Below, in pieces: positions 15,986-24,821 of a DNA stretch of 24,821 nucleotides. Made by a program: the position numbers and the translations under genes. This DNA comes from a virus (Duplodnaviria; Heunggongvirae; Uroviricota; Caudoviricetes). Location of the stretch: IMG/VR virus record IMGVR_UViG_3300023290_000014. One strand, given 5' to 3'. The notes beneath the pieces are model-generated. The model worked only from the letters and a program-made list of their open reading frames with translations. It was not told the origin of the DNA and ran no database searches. Numbering within the stretch: the first letter of the stretch is position 1; the number at the start of each line of letters is the position of its first letter.

Positions 15986-18400
15986 TTAATACAGGTTTCG
16001 CCACTTATCATCTTCCTGCAAACGCTGGTTCCGATAGAAGATACGCAGGCCTGCTCCTGACGGAATACTGCCGCAGCGAAGGAGTAAATCGACCTCTTTC
16101 TCGCTGCCATCAAATCCTCTGGACTTCAGTTCATAGACGAGCTGCTGTCGCTGATGGTCTGTAATTCGCTGTTTGTAGTCTTTACGCCGTTTCGGTTTCA
16201 CCAGGCGTAACCTTGCAGCCAGTTCCCGGCGCTCTTTTTTGCTCATACTGTGCAGGTAATCGTGCAACTCCTTGTCATCCATGCGGGTAATGTCCGTCCT
16301 GGTATCCCCATCAGCTGATTTGTCTTTCCCTTGTTGGTTCAAATTTTCAGCAAGGGGACAGTTATTGCCACGAGTCCAAGGGGCGCAAGCGCCCTGGTCG
16401 GCTGCCGCCTCCTGAACGTCAACGGCCTTACGAACCATTTTCCACTTCACTGCATGAGTGCAGATCTTGCCCTCTGCAATGGGTGACCAGATGCCATAAA
16501 TACGAATACCGTGATCGCCATAGGCGGTTGGCTCTTCGTTGATTTCATAAGCGGTTCTGATGAGGTGATATTTGCGGGGAACCAGTACGCCGCCCTGCTT
16601 CATGATGTAGGTGGCAAAACAACCAGCATCAGCAGCAGCCAGAATGGCATCAAGACGCGGGTTATCCAGTACCGGCGCACCTGCTTTTTTGTCACCCTGT
16701 TGCCTTGCCGCCTGACCAGCCAGCAAGCGAAGTTCACGGTAAGCCTGACGTCCCGGAATACCAAAGAAGCGGAATTGCTGAACACGATGCAGAGACGCCC
16801 AGGCATTAACGTATTCAGCGTTATCACGCAGGGATTTACCCGTTTCCTTGCTGATCTCGCCAGCCAGACCACGCCCGTCAATGTTCTTACTGATGTATTT
16901 CGCGATGTAGCTTGTCGGCGTTCCTTTGCGCGGGTTTATCAGCTCAGATTTAAAGCGTGGACCAGTGTTATTACCCAGTTCCTCGCGGTCTTCACGGATG
17001 GCAAACTTACGCAACAATGCAGTAATGGCGCGGCGGTCTTTTTTGCGCATGAAACACAACAGGTGCCAGTGAACTGTACCGTCATGATGCGGCTCAGCCA
17101 CCCGCACGCCATACCAGCGCAACCCGGCTTTGTGCATCGCCTTACGAAATGCAGCAAACATGCCGACCAGATAATCACTGCTTTGTCTTACCGTCGCATT
17201 TGTCCAGGTTGGGTTTGGTCTGCCGTTATTGAGCGTGGAATGGAAACGTGACGGACAGGTAATGGTGTAGAAAACGGCGCAGTCACCGCGCATTTCCGCG
17301 ATAAGCTCCAGACCTTTAACACAGGCCATCATCTCATTGCGGCGGTGCGCCGGGTTGCTGCTGCTGGCGTTTACCACGTCTTCCATATCCAGCGTGTCGC
17401 CCTCTTCGTTCACCAGTTCATGAGAACGGAAAAACTCCAGTGACTTGCGGCGCTGCTCACGTTTATGCATCACGGCTTCATAGCTGACATAGGGAGATGC
17501 TTTTTTGCTGACCAGGCAGACAGCACGCAACTGCTCTTCCCGCCATTCGCAACGCATTTTCCATAATTTCCGGTACCACCAGTCGGCGCACAACATACGC
17601 GCCAGCGAACCCGGAATGAGTTCATAGGGCACGGGTTTACGGCGGTTTCTTTTCCGACGGAGTTGCTCAAACGCAGGCGGGATGACATCCAGACGCAGGG
17701 TTTCCGCTGCCACCTTTTCCCATGTCTTGCGGATTTCTTCTGGCTTAACGTCATCGGTGGCATACAAATCACCACAAGCTGCATCAAGGCACATGCTCAT
17801 ATGCGCAGCGACAAGGGTAGACAGGCGTTTCACCTGATCCTGACTCATTTCAGGCAGAATCAGCAGGCCGTCCAGCCCTACATGGCTTGCCATAAAACGA
17901 AAAGATGCAGATAGCTGGCTGTCGCGTACATGCTCCAGTCGTTCCAGACATGGCTTAATCGTCTCACGTAAATAGCGGGAATAAGCCTTTGGCCTGCCCA
18001 GGCTGCTGAAGTATTCAATACGTTGCATCAGCGGCTTGCTGATATGGGAGGGCTGGGCGCTGACATCTGCCAGAATGACCATGTCCGGGTTAAAACGCTG
18101 CTGCTCATGCGCCAACTTTGCCCGGCTAATGAGCTTATCCTGCTCTATTTCGCGTTGGACAGGATCACGGGATTCATTAAAGAAATAACGCTCCCAGACC
18201 TGATCACTCAGTGCCTCGCGGCGCAGTTGTTCCTGCTCGTTATCGGCAGCGTACAGAGTGATCAGGTTTGAAAGCGCAGAAACCGGCGCAACTTCCGCCG
18301 GGTCCAGATAAGGGTTAATGGCCTTTTTCGGGCTGTTCCATGAGAACGATGCGGCAGCCTCGTTAAAGCCGCAGCAGTTGCTCATATCGGCATGGCTCAT
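15986..18400 (-). CDS. A: Replication initiation protein gpA (rolling-circle HUH endonuclease)
   Basis: 804-aa ORF with HUH motif (VHWHLLCFM) and a catalytic tyrosine pair (SYIAKYISK). Start overlaps the Dam stop (ATGA). Confidence 0.85.
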   Translation of the reverse strand: MSHADMSNCCGFNEAAASFSWNSPKKAINPYLDPAEVAPVSALSNLITLYAADNEQEQLRREALSDQVWERYFFNESRDPVQREIEQDKLISRAKLAHEQQRFNPDMVILADVSAQPSHISKPLMQRIEYFSSLGRPKAYSRYLRETIKPCLERLEHVRDSQLSASFRFMASHVGLDGLLILPEMSQDQVKRLSTLVAAHMSMCLDAACGDLYATDDVKPEEIRKTWEKVAAETLRLDVIPPAFEQLRRKRNRRKPVPYELIPGSLARMLCADWWYRKLWKMRCEWREEQLRAVCLVSKKASPYVSYEAVMHKREQRRKSLEFFRSHELVNEEGDTLDMEDVVNASSSNPAHRRNEMMACVKGLELIAEMRGDCAVFYTITCPSRFHSTLNNGRPNPTWTNATVRQSSDYLVGMFAAFRKAMHKAGLRWYGVRVAEPHHDGTVHWHLLCFMRKKDRRAITALLRKFAIREDREELGNNTGPRFKSELINPRKGTPTSYIAKYISKNIDGRGLAGEISKETGKSLRDNAEYVNAWASLHRVQQFRFFGIPGRQAYRELRLLAGQAARQQGDKKAGAPVLDNPRLDAILAAADAGCFATYIMKQGGVLVPRKYHLIRTAYEINEEPTAYGDHGIRIYGIWSPIAEGKICTHAVKWKMVRKAVDVQEAAADQGACAPWTRGNNCPLAENLNQQGKDKSADGDTRTDITRMDDKELHDYLHSMSKKERRELAARLRLVKPKRRKDYKQRITDHQRQQLVYELKSRGFDGSEKEVDLLLRCGSIPSGAGLRIFYRNQRLQEDDKWRNLY

Positions 18401-19254
18401 GCACGTACTCCGTACACGGCAGAACTATCCACGCCACGCGAATAATCAAATCCCACCCAGCAGCGCGGCCCGGAAACAGCAATGATTTCTGTTGCTGATT
18501 TACTCTCACCAGCTGCTACGCCGATGCTGCGTTTTACCTTGATATAGTGGTGAGTAAAATTGCGATACAGCGAACGGATCAGGGATGTGTCACTGTTAGA
18601 AACAATGACCGGATGTCCTTCTGATGACCGATGTTCAAGAACGGATGCCAGGTGATACTGGTCATCTTCAGTAAAGCCGTCAGCGTGATAGCCGGAAAAC
18701 GTACCGTCATAAGGCGGATCGCAATACACCACATCCCCCGCCTTCAACATCGCCAGCGTTTCATCAAAGCTGGCGCAGATAAACGTTGCTCGCTGGGCTT
18801 TTTCTGCAAAAGCGCGAATTTCTTTTTCAGGGAAATACGGATTTTTATAATTACCGTAGGGAATGTTGAAATGCCCGCTCTTGTTATAGCGACATAACCC
18901 ACGGTAACCGTGACGATTGAGATACAGGAAATATACCGCTTTCATGAAATCAGTAATTTCAGTTGAGTAATTAAACTCCTGCCTTATGTTGTAATAAGCC
19001 ACCTCCCTGTTTGCGATCTCAAATAAAACTTTGGCGCGAGATATAAACGATTCACAATCAGCGGCAACCTTTTTATAGAGGTTGATTAAATCAGGATTAA
19101 TATCCGCAACCAGATAGCAGGGATAATCCGTCTCCATCATCACAGCACAGGAACCCGCGAAAGGTTCAACTAGTCGCGGACCAGCAGGAAGATGTTTTTT
19201 CAGTTCGGACATTACGGCGGTTTTATTTCCCGCCCATTTCAAGATGGTGCTCAT
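18397..19254 (-). CDS. dam: DNA adenine methyltransferase (Dam-like)
   Basis: Likely start at [11 protein letters not shown] (ATG 19254, ATGA overlap with the upstream gene). SAM-binding motif EPFAGSCAV and catalytic DPPY ([10 protein letters not shown]). The longer 305-aa ORF would run into the upstream gene. Confidence 0.8.
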   Translation of the reverse strand: MSTILKWAGNKTAVMSELKKHLPAGPRLVEPFAGSCAVMMETDYPCYLVADINPDLINLYKKVAADCESFISRAKVLFEIANREVAYYNIRQEFNYSTEITDFMKAVYFLYLNRHGYRGLCRYNKSGHFNIPYGNYKNPYFPEKEIRAFAEKAQRATFICASFDETLAMLKAGDVVYCDPPYDGTFSGYHADGFTEDDQYHLASVLEHRSSEGHPVIVSNSDTSLIRSLYRNFTHHYIKVKRSIGVAAGESKSATEIIAVSGPRCWVGFDYSRGVDSSAVYGVRA

Positions 19255-19478
19255 ACAGCACCTCCGTTGTAATGTTTGCCTTTCAGCTCTGCGATTTCCT
19301 GACATGTAATGCAAAGCTGCACACCCGGAATGGCACGGCGGCGTGCTGGCGGAATTGGCGCTTCACACTCAACGCAAAGCACGCGGGACACGCCCGGCGT
19401 TTTGGCACGGGCAGCACGGATATGGCGCTGGCGTTCTTCTTCAACGCGCTGCTGTACGAGATCCATTGCATCAGCCAT
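19251..19478 (-). CDS. TraR/DksA-family C4 zinc-finger protein
   Basis: 75 aa with CVECEAPIP...CITCQE (two CxxC pairs), the size and pattern of phage TraR-like proteins. TAATG overlap with the upstream ORF. Confidence 0.65.
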   Translation of the reverse strand: MADAMDLVQQRVEEERQRHIRAARAKTPGVSRVLCVECEAPIPPARRRAIPGVQLCITCQEIAELKGKHYNGGAV

Positions 19479-19717
19479 TAGTGGATCTCCTGCGCTTCGT
19501 TCTGGATTGCTTCAGCAGTCACACGCAGCAGTTCTGCCGCTTCCACGTGGTTTAGCTGACGGGATGAGATATGACACGCCAGGCTATCAAGGCGAGCTGC
19601 CATTGCTTCAGCCCTTGCCCGGCGTTCTTCCAGACGAGCCTCTGTCAGTAAAATATTAAGCCCTGCGTCATCCGGTCCGGTTTTAGTCGTGAGGGTTTCA
19701 ATATTACGCATAATCAA
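19478..19717 (-). CDS. Hypothetical early protein
   Basis: 79-aa ORF on the early-operon strand, translationally coupled to the TraR-like gene. No recognisable motif. Confidence 0.4.
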   Translation of the reverse strand: MIMRNIETLTTKTGPDDAGLNILLTEARLEERRARAEAMAARLDSLACHISSRQLNHVEAAELLRVTAEAIQNEAQEIH

Positions 19718-19778
19718 TTCTCCTGAATTTAGATAAAGGGATGCCCGGCGGGTTTACGCCATTAATTTCATTAGTTGG

Positions 19779-20120
19779 TTAATTCGGCATGGTTAGCCGT
19801 CTGGGAAATAAGCTCACCACTGCACGAAAATGATTCATTGCTTTAATCAGCTCCCGCTTTTCGTCAGTGGTCAGCTCATTAATGCTGATGCTATGACGTT
19901 CAGCTGGAATTTTTGCCATAAAGAATATGGCAGCCAGTGCTCGTTTATTTTGTTCATTATTGATATCCCGTGGATCACGCATATCTTTAATAAACCGCTC
20001 AAGCTCTGACTCAATATTCAGGCCAAAAACTTTCGCCCTTAACTCCGCAATGTGATTAAGTCCATTCAGGCGTTCACCGGGGCTTAATGGAACAGTTGCC
20101 GCAGCGCCTTCAATAGCCAT
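19779..20120 (-). CDS. Hypothetical early protein
   Basis: 113-aa ORF in the early operon. No recognisable motif. Confidence 0.4.
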   Translation of the reverse strand: MAIEGAAATVPLSPGERLNGLNHIAELRAKVFGLNIESELERFIKDMRDPRDINNEQNKRALAAIFFMAKIPAERHSISINELTTDEKRELIKAMNHFRAVVSLFPRRLTMPN

Positions 20121-20284
20121 TTGTTCCCCCGTTTTTTCGTAGATAGTTCTGCCAGCAATTCATCCTGTGAACGGCACGGATGCCAGCGTTTACCATCCTC
20201 CCCCATGATCCAGCCGTGACCGTAGTGCATTGCCGGGCTTTGTTTTACCAGCAGCGATGCAAATGATGGTTCTTTCGTCAGCAT
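20084..20284 (-). CDS. Hypothetical small early protein
   Basis: Likely start at MLTKEPSF (ATG about 20284), giving roughly 66 aa. Lies between the CII-like gene and downstream ORFs. Confidence 0.3.
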   Translation of the reverse strand: MLTKEPSFASLLVKQSPAMHYGHGWIMGEDGKRWHPCRSQDELLAELSTKKRGNKWLLKALRQLFH

Positions 20285-20291
20285 AAGCACC

Positions 20292-20801
20292 TCACAGCAA
20301 ACCGAATGAAGCACCGAGGCCAGTAACGGTATCAACTGCACTCGCCATCGCAGGATTAGCCTGTAAACGGGCCTGCAATGAAACAGCGGCCAGCGCCATC
20401 AGCCGTGTTACAGAGTTAATGCTGCTGATAGCATCACGACGACCTGCACTGGTTTTTACATCGCCGGATACCGCACCTGCAGCAACACGCCCGATCTCTG
20501 CGGTTGCACTCATGACATAATGCGGCAGTTTCTCTTTTGCCACCTCATTAATCGGTACACATGGCAGGCAGTGAATCTGTGCCAGAAAGCCATCTACCAG
20601 CGTTGAATCTTCAGTCAGATCGGTAAGCAACCAGATTTCTGGTGCGGTTAATAAATGAGGTTGAGCTGGGTTCAGCTTGTTCCGCAGAATCTGTACATTC
20701 ATGCCTGCACGTTCTGCCAGTTGCACCAGGTTGTGGCGCAGTGCGAATGCACGACAGGCTTCGTCAAAATGTGGATGTTTGGAAACTTGGTAATCAAACA
20801 T
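20292..20801 (-). CDS. cII: CII-like regulatory protein (186 CII / CP76 family)
   Basis: Likely start at [19 protein letters not shown] (ATG about 20801), about 169 aa. Second gene of the pR operon after apl, as in 186. Family assignment is from memory. Confidence 0.5.
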   Translation of the reverse strand: MFDYQVSKHPHFDEACRAFALRHNLVQLAERAGMNVQILRNKLNPAQPHLLTAPEIWLLTDLTEDSTLVDGFLAQIHCLPCVPINEVAKEKLPHYVMSATAEIGRVAAGAVSGDVKTSAGRRDAISSINSVTRLMALAAVSLQARLQANPAMASAVDTVTGLGASFGLL

Positions 20802-20833
20802 AGTCGACACCCCTGATGTATCCCAAAATGGAA

Positions 20834-21055
20834 CTAGTTGAATACAACATTGCAATCAGTAAGTGCATCAACGGTAAGAGCAGCAAGGTTGATCATTACC
20901 TTTTCTCTTTTCTTGTCTTTCCGAAGGCGATGGCGAGGGATGCGACCATCAGCCAGCATATCGTTGATGGTGTCGATAGAAAGACCAGTAAGTTCGCTAT
21001 AACGCTCAATTGTGACATGTGGCGTATTCAGAGTTATTGAAATGTTAGGGGTCAT
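20834..21055 (-). CDS. apl: Apl/Cox-like excisionase and transcriptional regulator
   Basis: Start at MTPNISITL (ATG 21055, AGGAG ribosome-binding site upstream), 73 aa. First gene downstream of pR and divergent from cI. Contains an HTH-like segment ([22 protein letters not shown]). Confidence 0.55.
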   Translation of the reverse strand: MTPNISITLNTPHVTIERYSELTGLSIDTINDMLADGRIPRHRLRKDKKREKVMINLAALTVDALTDCNVVFN

Positions 21056-21128
21056 GATGCAACATCTCCTATTGGCTTGTGGTGAGCCTGTAGTAATCGT
21101 GACAAGTACCCAAATGGGGACAAAATTG

Positions 21129-21157
21129 ATACTAGGATCGCAAAAGAGATATGTCAA
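21129..21157 (-). promoter_or_regulatory. Near-consensus sigma70 promoter (candidate lytic promoter pR)
   Basis: Minus strand reads TTGACA, a 17-nt spacer, then TAGTAT. The -35 hexamer (21152-21157) overlaps the cI start codon; the -10 hexamer is at 21129-21134. It points toward apl. Confidence 0.55.
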
Positions 21158-21747
21158 CATCAAAGTACCCAAATGAAATCAAAATAAATCCCAATAAAGG
21201 TGGTAAGGCTGCGATTGAGCGATTAGTCGAAGCTTATGGCTTTACGACACGACAGGCTTTAGCTGATCACTTGGAAGTATCAAAAAGCACTCTGGCGAAC
21301 AGGTATTTGCGGGATACGTTTCCTGCAGACTGGATAATCCAATGTGCTCTTGAAACAGGAACCTCACTGAAATGGTTAACCACCGGGCAAGGCCTTAAGC
21401 AAAGCTCGCTGACAGCAGCTACAGAAGAGCTTGCCAAGTTTCGCCTTACCGCAGGCAAAATGATTGAAGATGGTTCATATGTCTTCGATTCATCATTTCT
21501 TCCTGCAAATCTTTCATCACCAATTGTTATTCAGGATGGGCTCGTCACATACATTTGTGATCAAAAATTTTCTGAAGTACTTGATGGGCACTGGTTAATC
21601 AACATCGACGGAACCTATTCCATTCGAAAAATCACAAAGCTTCCAAAAGGTATGATTAAAATTACAAGTACAGAGAATAGCTTTGAATGTGCATTTTCTG
21701 ATATTGAAGTAGTTGCTTGTATAAGAAGTACAATAGTTTCAAATTAA
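21151..21747 (+). CDS. cI: CI-type immunity repressor (186 CI-like)
   Basis: 198 aa with an N-terminal HTH region (RLVEAYGFTTRQALADHLEVSKSTLANRYLR) and a C-terminal oligomerisation-like domain. Divergent from apl and upstream of int. Confidence 0.7.
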   Translation: MSTSKYPNEIKINPNKGGKAAIERLVEAYGFTTRQALADHLEVSKSTLANRYLRDTFPADWIIQCALETGTSLKWLTTGQGLKQSSLTAATEELAKFRLTAGKMIEDGSYVFDSSFLPANLSSPIVIQDGLVTYICDQKFSEVLDGHWLINIDGTYSIRKITKLPKGMIKITSTENSFECAFSDIEVVACIRSTIVSN

Positions 21748-21767
21748 TATAGTAAAAGGATTTAAAA

Positions 21768-23444
21768 ATGAATTCATTTTCCATCGTTATATTCTTATTA
21801 GCATTTCTCGCCCCCATTCTAGCTGTAATATTATTTAAGCAAAGCAAAAAACATAAAGCGGCTATAAATACCTTGACAGCTAACAACATAGCCCTTTCCA
21901 ACCAACTGAAAGAAAATCAAGAAGAATTAGCACAGACTGTACGAGATCTATCAGAGCTTGAAGGACGAGCTGCGCCATTATGGCAATACGTAGAATTGCA
22001 CAGCGCAGTGATGGAAGCAGAGAATAAGATAAAAAATGCAGACTCAATAGCCAGGCAAAAAATAGAAGAAGCCCAAATAAAGGCTGCTAAGACAGTAAAC
22101 GAAGCAAATTATCAAGCTCAGATAAAAATAAGCAACGCTAATAGCGAAGCTATAGCAATTACTAAAGACGCTCGCGATGCACGCCTGAAAGCTAAAGAAC
22201 GTCTTGATAATGCCAATAGTAAAGCAAATGAGCTGATCTCAAATGCTAATGACAATGCAGTGAAAATTATTTCCGATGCAGAAGAAAGAGCAAAAGAGAT
22301 TGCTGGTTCAGCATATGAAGCTAAAGAGTTTGCAGAAAAATATGAAGCAGTTGCCAAATCAATGAAAAATAAAATTGAAGGTTATGGTGATGAATGGATC
22401 ATCCCTAACCGTAGCGTTCTCGATGAATTGGCAGAAAATTATGAGTTTACAGATGCAGGTAAGGAATTACAAAAAGCCAGGGAGTTAACAAAATCATTAA
22501 TAAAAACTAATAAAGCTGCTTCGTGTGATTATGTTGAACAAAACAGGCGTAATACTGCTATCAACTTTGTTTTAGATGCCTTCAATGGAAGAGTTGACAG
22601 TATTTTATCAAAAGTCAAACACAACAATTTTGGAAAACTTTCCCAAGAGATAAAAGATGCGTTTCAACTTGTAAATTACAATGGTTCTGCCTTTAGGTCC
22701 GCAAAAATAAGTGACATCTATCTTCAAGCTCGACTCAACGAGCTAAAATGGGGAGTTGCAGTTAATGAAATTATGCTCGAAGAAAAAGAAGAGCAAAGAA
22801 GGATTAAAGAACAACTTCGTGAAGAGGAAAGAGCTCGTAGGGAGTATGAAAAAGCGATAAAAGAAGCTGAAAAAGAAGAGAAAGCTATTCAGCAAGCTAT
22901 AAATAAAGCAACAAAAGAGCTTATGCTTGCAAATGAAGAACAACGCTTAGCTTTAGAGCAAAAAATAGCTGAACTACAGTTAAAATATGAAGAAGCTGAA
23001 GCTAAAAACCAACGAGCTATTTCTATGGCTCAACAAACTAGATCAGGCCACGTTTATATAATTAGTAATATTGGCTCATTTGGCGAAGATGTATATAAAA
23101 TTGGAATGACACGCCGCCTTGAACCACTTGATCGTGTTCGTGAACTCGGTGATGCTAGTGTTCCTTTTTCGTTCGATGTTCATGCGATGATTTATAGTGA
23201 TGATGCACCATCATTAGAAAATCATCTGCATAAAGTCTTCAACGAAAAACAGGTCAATAAAATTAACTCACGAAAAGAGTTTTTCAACGTAAATATTAAA
23301 GAAATTAAGTCTGTTATTGAAGATATGAACATCAACGCACAATGGACAATGTTTGCGGAAGCGAAAGAATATAGAGAGTCACTGGCGATTGAGCAAGAGC
23401 GCAAAGCAGCAACTTCCGCCAACGATGAACTGCATGTTGCTTAG
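21768..23444 (+). CDS. Membrane-anchored coiled-coil protein with C-terminal T5orf172/GIY-YIG-like domain (cargo; candidate defence or abortive-infection gene)
   Basis: 558 aa: N-terminal TM helix (FSIVIFLLAFLAPILAVILF), a long charged coiled coil, and a C-terminus with the T5orf172 pattern (VYIISN...YKIGMTRRLEPLDRVRELGDASVPFSFDVHAMI...KEFFNV). Strongly AT-rich, starting 21 bp after the cI stop. Confidence 0.6.
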   Translation: MNSFSIVIFLLAFLAPILAVILFKQSKKHKAAINTLTANNIALSNQLKENQEELAQTVRDLSELEGRAAPLWQYVELHSAVMEAENKIKNADSIARQKIEEAQIKAAKTVNEANYQAQIKISNANSEAIAITKDARDARLKAKERLDNANSKANELISNANDNAVKIISDAEERAKEIAGSAYEAKEFAEKYEAVAKSMKNKIEGYGDEWIIPNRSVLDELAENYEFTDAGKELQKARELTKSLIKTNKAASCDYVEQNRRNTAINFVLDAFNGRVDSILSKVKHNNFGKLSQEIKDAFQLVNYNGSAFRSAKISDIYLQARLNELKWGVAVNEIMLEEKEEQRRIKEQLREEERARREYEKAIKEAEKEEKAIQQAINKATKELMLANEEQRLALEQKIAELQLKYEEAEAKNQRAISMAQQTRSGHVYIISNIGSFGEDVYKIGMTRRLEPLDRVRELGDASVPFSFDVHAMIYSDDAPSLENHLHKVFNEKQVNKINSRKEFFNVNIKEIKSVIEDMNINAQWTMFAEAKEYRESLAIEQERKAATSANDELHVA

Positions 23445-23503
23445 CAATGTATGTTTCATAGTAATCACACATTGATTACTGGTTGTATATACAGTTAAAT
23501 TTA

Positions 23504-23527
23504 GCCCTCTGATATGAGGGCTTTTTT
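23504..23527 (+). terminator. Rho-independent terminator abutting the int start codon
   Basis: Stem GCCCTC/GAGGGC with a 6-nt loop (tgatat), followed by TTTTTT that runs directly into the int ATG at 23528. Confidence 0.5.
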
Positions 23528-24580
23528 ATGGCAGTACGAAAACTCACCACAGGAAAATGGCTTTGCGAATGTTACCCCGCCGGACGTAGTGGACGTCGTG
23601 TGCGTAAACAATTCGCCACCAAAGGCGAAGCTCTGGCTTTTGAGCGTCACACGATGGAAGAAACCGAAGCAAAGCCCTGGCTGGGTGAATCAGTGGATCG
23701 TCGAACACTGAAAGACGTGGTTGAACTATGGTTCAAACTACATGGTAAATCTCTGACAGCTGGGCAGCATGTCTATGACAAATTGCTGTTGATGGTTGAC
23801 GCTCTGGGCAATCCTCTTGCAACCGATCTCACCTCTAAAATGTTTGCCCACTATCGAGATAAACGCCTGACAGGCGAGATCTACTTCAGCGAGAAATGGA
23901 AGAAAGGAGCAAGCCCGGTCACCATTAACCTGGAGCAAAGCTATCTAAGTAGTGTTTTTAGCGAACTATCCCGTCTGGGCGAATGGTCGTATCCGAACCC
24001 ACTGGAGAACATGCGAAAATTCACCATCGCAGAAAAAGAGATGGCATGGCTTACCCATGAGCAGATTGTTGAATTGCTGGCTGATTGCAAACGTCAGGAC
24101 CCAATTCTGGCACTGGTAGTTAAGATATGCTTAAGCACAGGCGCACGCTGGCGTGAAGCCGTAAATCTTACTCGCTCACAGGTGACCAAATACCGAATTA
24201 CCTTTGTCAGAACGAAGGGGAAGAAAAACAGAAGCATCCCTATCAGTAAAGAGCTTTACGAAGAGATCATGGCGCTTGATGGGTTCAATTTCTTCACAGA
24301 CTGCTATTTTCAATTTTTATCCGTGATGGAAAAAACGTCTATCGTGCTCCCTCGCGGTCAACTCACACACGTTCTGCGCCATACGTTTGCGGCGCACTTC
24401 ATGATGTCGGGTGGAAACATTCTGGCCTTACAAAAAATTCTCGGACACCACGATATAAAAATGACTATGCGTTACGCACATCTGGCACCGGATCATCTGG
24501 AAACGGCGCTCCGTTTCAATCCTCTGGCAACGCTGCCAAGTGGCGACAAAGTGGCGGCAGCGGTTGGCATTACCCCGTAA
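23528..24580 (+). CDS. int: Tyrosine integrase (P2/186 family)
   Basis: 350 aa with the catalytic signature (ARWREA, HVLRHTFAAH, MTMRYAHL). Last phage gene before the flanking sequence. Confidence 0.9.
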   Translation: MAVRKLTTGKWLCECYPAGRSGRRVRKQFATKGEALAFERHTMEETEAKPWLGESVDRRTLKDVVELWFKLHGKSLTAGQHVYDKLLLMVDALGNPLATDLTSKMFAHYRDKRLTGEIYFSEKWKKGASPVTINLEQSYLSSVFSELSRLGEWSYPNPLENMRKFTIAEKEMAWLTHEQIVELLADCKRQDPILALVVKICLSTGARWREAVNLTRSQVTKYRITFVRTKGKKNRSIPISKELYEEIMALDGFNFFTDCYFQFLSVMEKTSIVLPRGQLTHVLRHTFAAHFMMSGGNILALQKILGHHDIKMTMRYAHLAPDHLETALRFNPLATLPSGDKVAAAVGITP

Positions 24581-24603
24581 TAACCACCACTGACCACCAA
24601 CCC

Positions 24604-24635
24604 AACTTATTGTTTTTACTCTAACTTATTGTTTT
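24604..24635 (+). repeat. Two direct copies of AACTTATTGTTTT downstream of int (possible Int arm-type or IHF sites in attP-derived DNA)
   Basis: Identical 13-mers at 24604-24616 and 24623-24635, separated by 6 nt. Confidence 0.35.
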
Positions 24636-24641
24636 CATTAA

Positions 24642-24666
24642 CCCGTTTACATAAATGGGTTTTTTG
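24642..24666 (+). terminator. Hairpin plus T-run downstream of int
   Basis: Stem CCCGTTTA/TAAATGGG (one G-U pair) with a 2-nt loop, followed by TTTTTT. Confidence 0.4.
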
Positions 24667-24683
24667 TTATCTAAAACTTATCT

Positions 24684-24821
24684 ACTACCCTGCAACCCTC
24701 TCAACCATCCTCAAAATCTCCTCGCGCGATAGCGGCTTACGGTCGGTGACAAAATGCAGCGTCATCCCCTCAATAAACGCATCAAGCGCGCGGGCGGTTC
24801 CGGGTTCAAACCATTGTTCGA
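24684..24821 (-). CDS. 3' end of a flanking gene (probably host), identity not recognised
   Basis: Minus-strand frame open to the window edge, translating ...[44 protein letters not shown] with a stop at 24684-24686. GC-rich like the backbone. Confidence 0.4.

Noticed and set aside
16511-17251. 246-aa plus-strand ORF and other ORFs antisense within gpA
   Set aside because: They are entirely inside the well-supported 804-aa replication initiator gene on the opposite strand, with no ribosome-binding site or recognisable domains; typical shadow ORFs in GC-rich DNA.
22118-22943. Short minus-strand ORFs (79 aa, 66 aa) inside the 558-aa cargo gene
   Set aside because: Low-complexity translations (Ala/Ser/Leu or Phe-rich) arising antisense to the biased coiled-coil codons of the plus-strand gene.
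1-24821. CRISPR arrays, rRNA or tRNA genes
   Set aside because: No regularly spaced direct repeats with unique spacers, and no tRNA-like cloverleaf or rRNA-like sequence, were recognised on reading the sequence. A tRNA remnant next to int at the att site was specifically looked for and not found.

Overview
The window is almost entirely a P2-family (186-like) temperate phage or prophage from an enterobacterial host, plus about 140 bp of a flanking, probably host, gene at the right end. All calls rest on reading the ORF translations and the raw sequence by eye; no database search was possible. On the minus strand lie tail and baseplate genes (H partial, I, J, W, V, S, R), a lysis cassette (embedded spanins LysC/LysB, LysA-like, SAR-type endolysin, holin) and head genes X, L, M, N, O. 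P (terminase ATPase) and Q (portal) diverge on the plus strand. Two visibly AT-rich cargo islands interrupt the GC-rich backbone and are the most interesting part. Island 1 (about 12.35-15.3 kb) flanks the predicted cos site: a retron-type reverse transcriptase fused to a C-terminal TOPRIM domain, with a candidate msr-msd bounded by a perfect 13-bp inverted repeat, and across cos an uncharacterised HNH-motif protein. Island 2 (21.77-23.44 kb) is a single gene wedged between the CI repressor and the integrase, encoding an N-terminal TM helix, a long coiled coil and a C-terminal T5orf172/GIY-YIG-like domain; it is the best candidate for an undescribed defence or abortive-infection gene. The rest is a 186-type control and replication region: a LexA box upstream of a tum/DinI-like module, replication initiator A, Dam methylase, TraR-like zinc finger, CII-like and Apl/Cox-like genes, a near-consensus pR promoter overlapping the cI start codon, and a tyrosine integrase. 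No rRNA, tRNA, CRISPR array or IS element was recognised.
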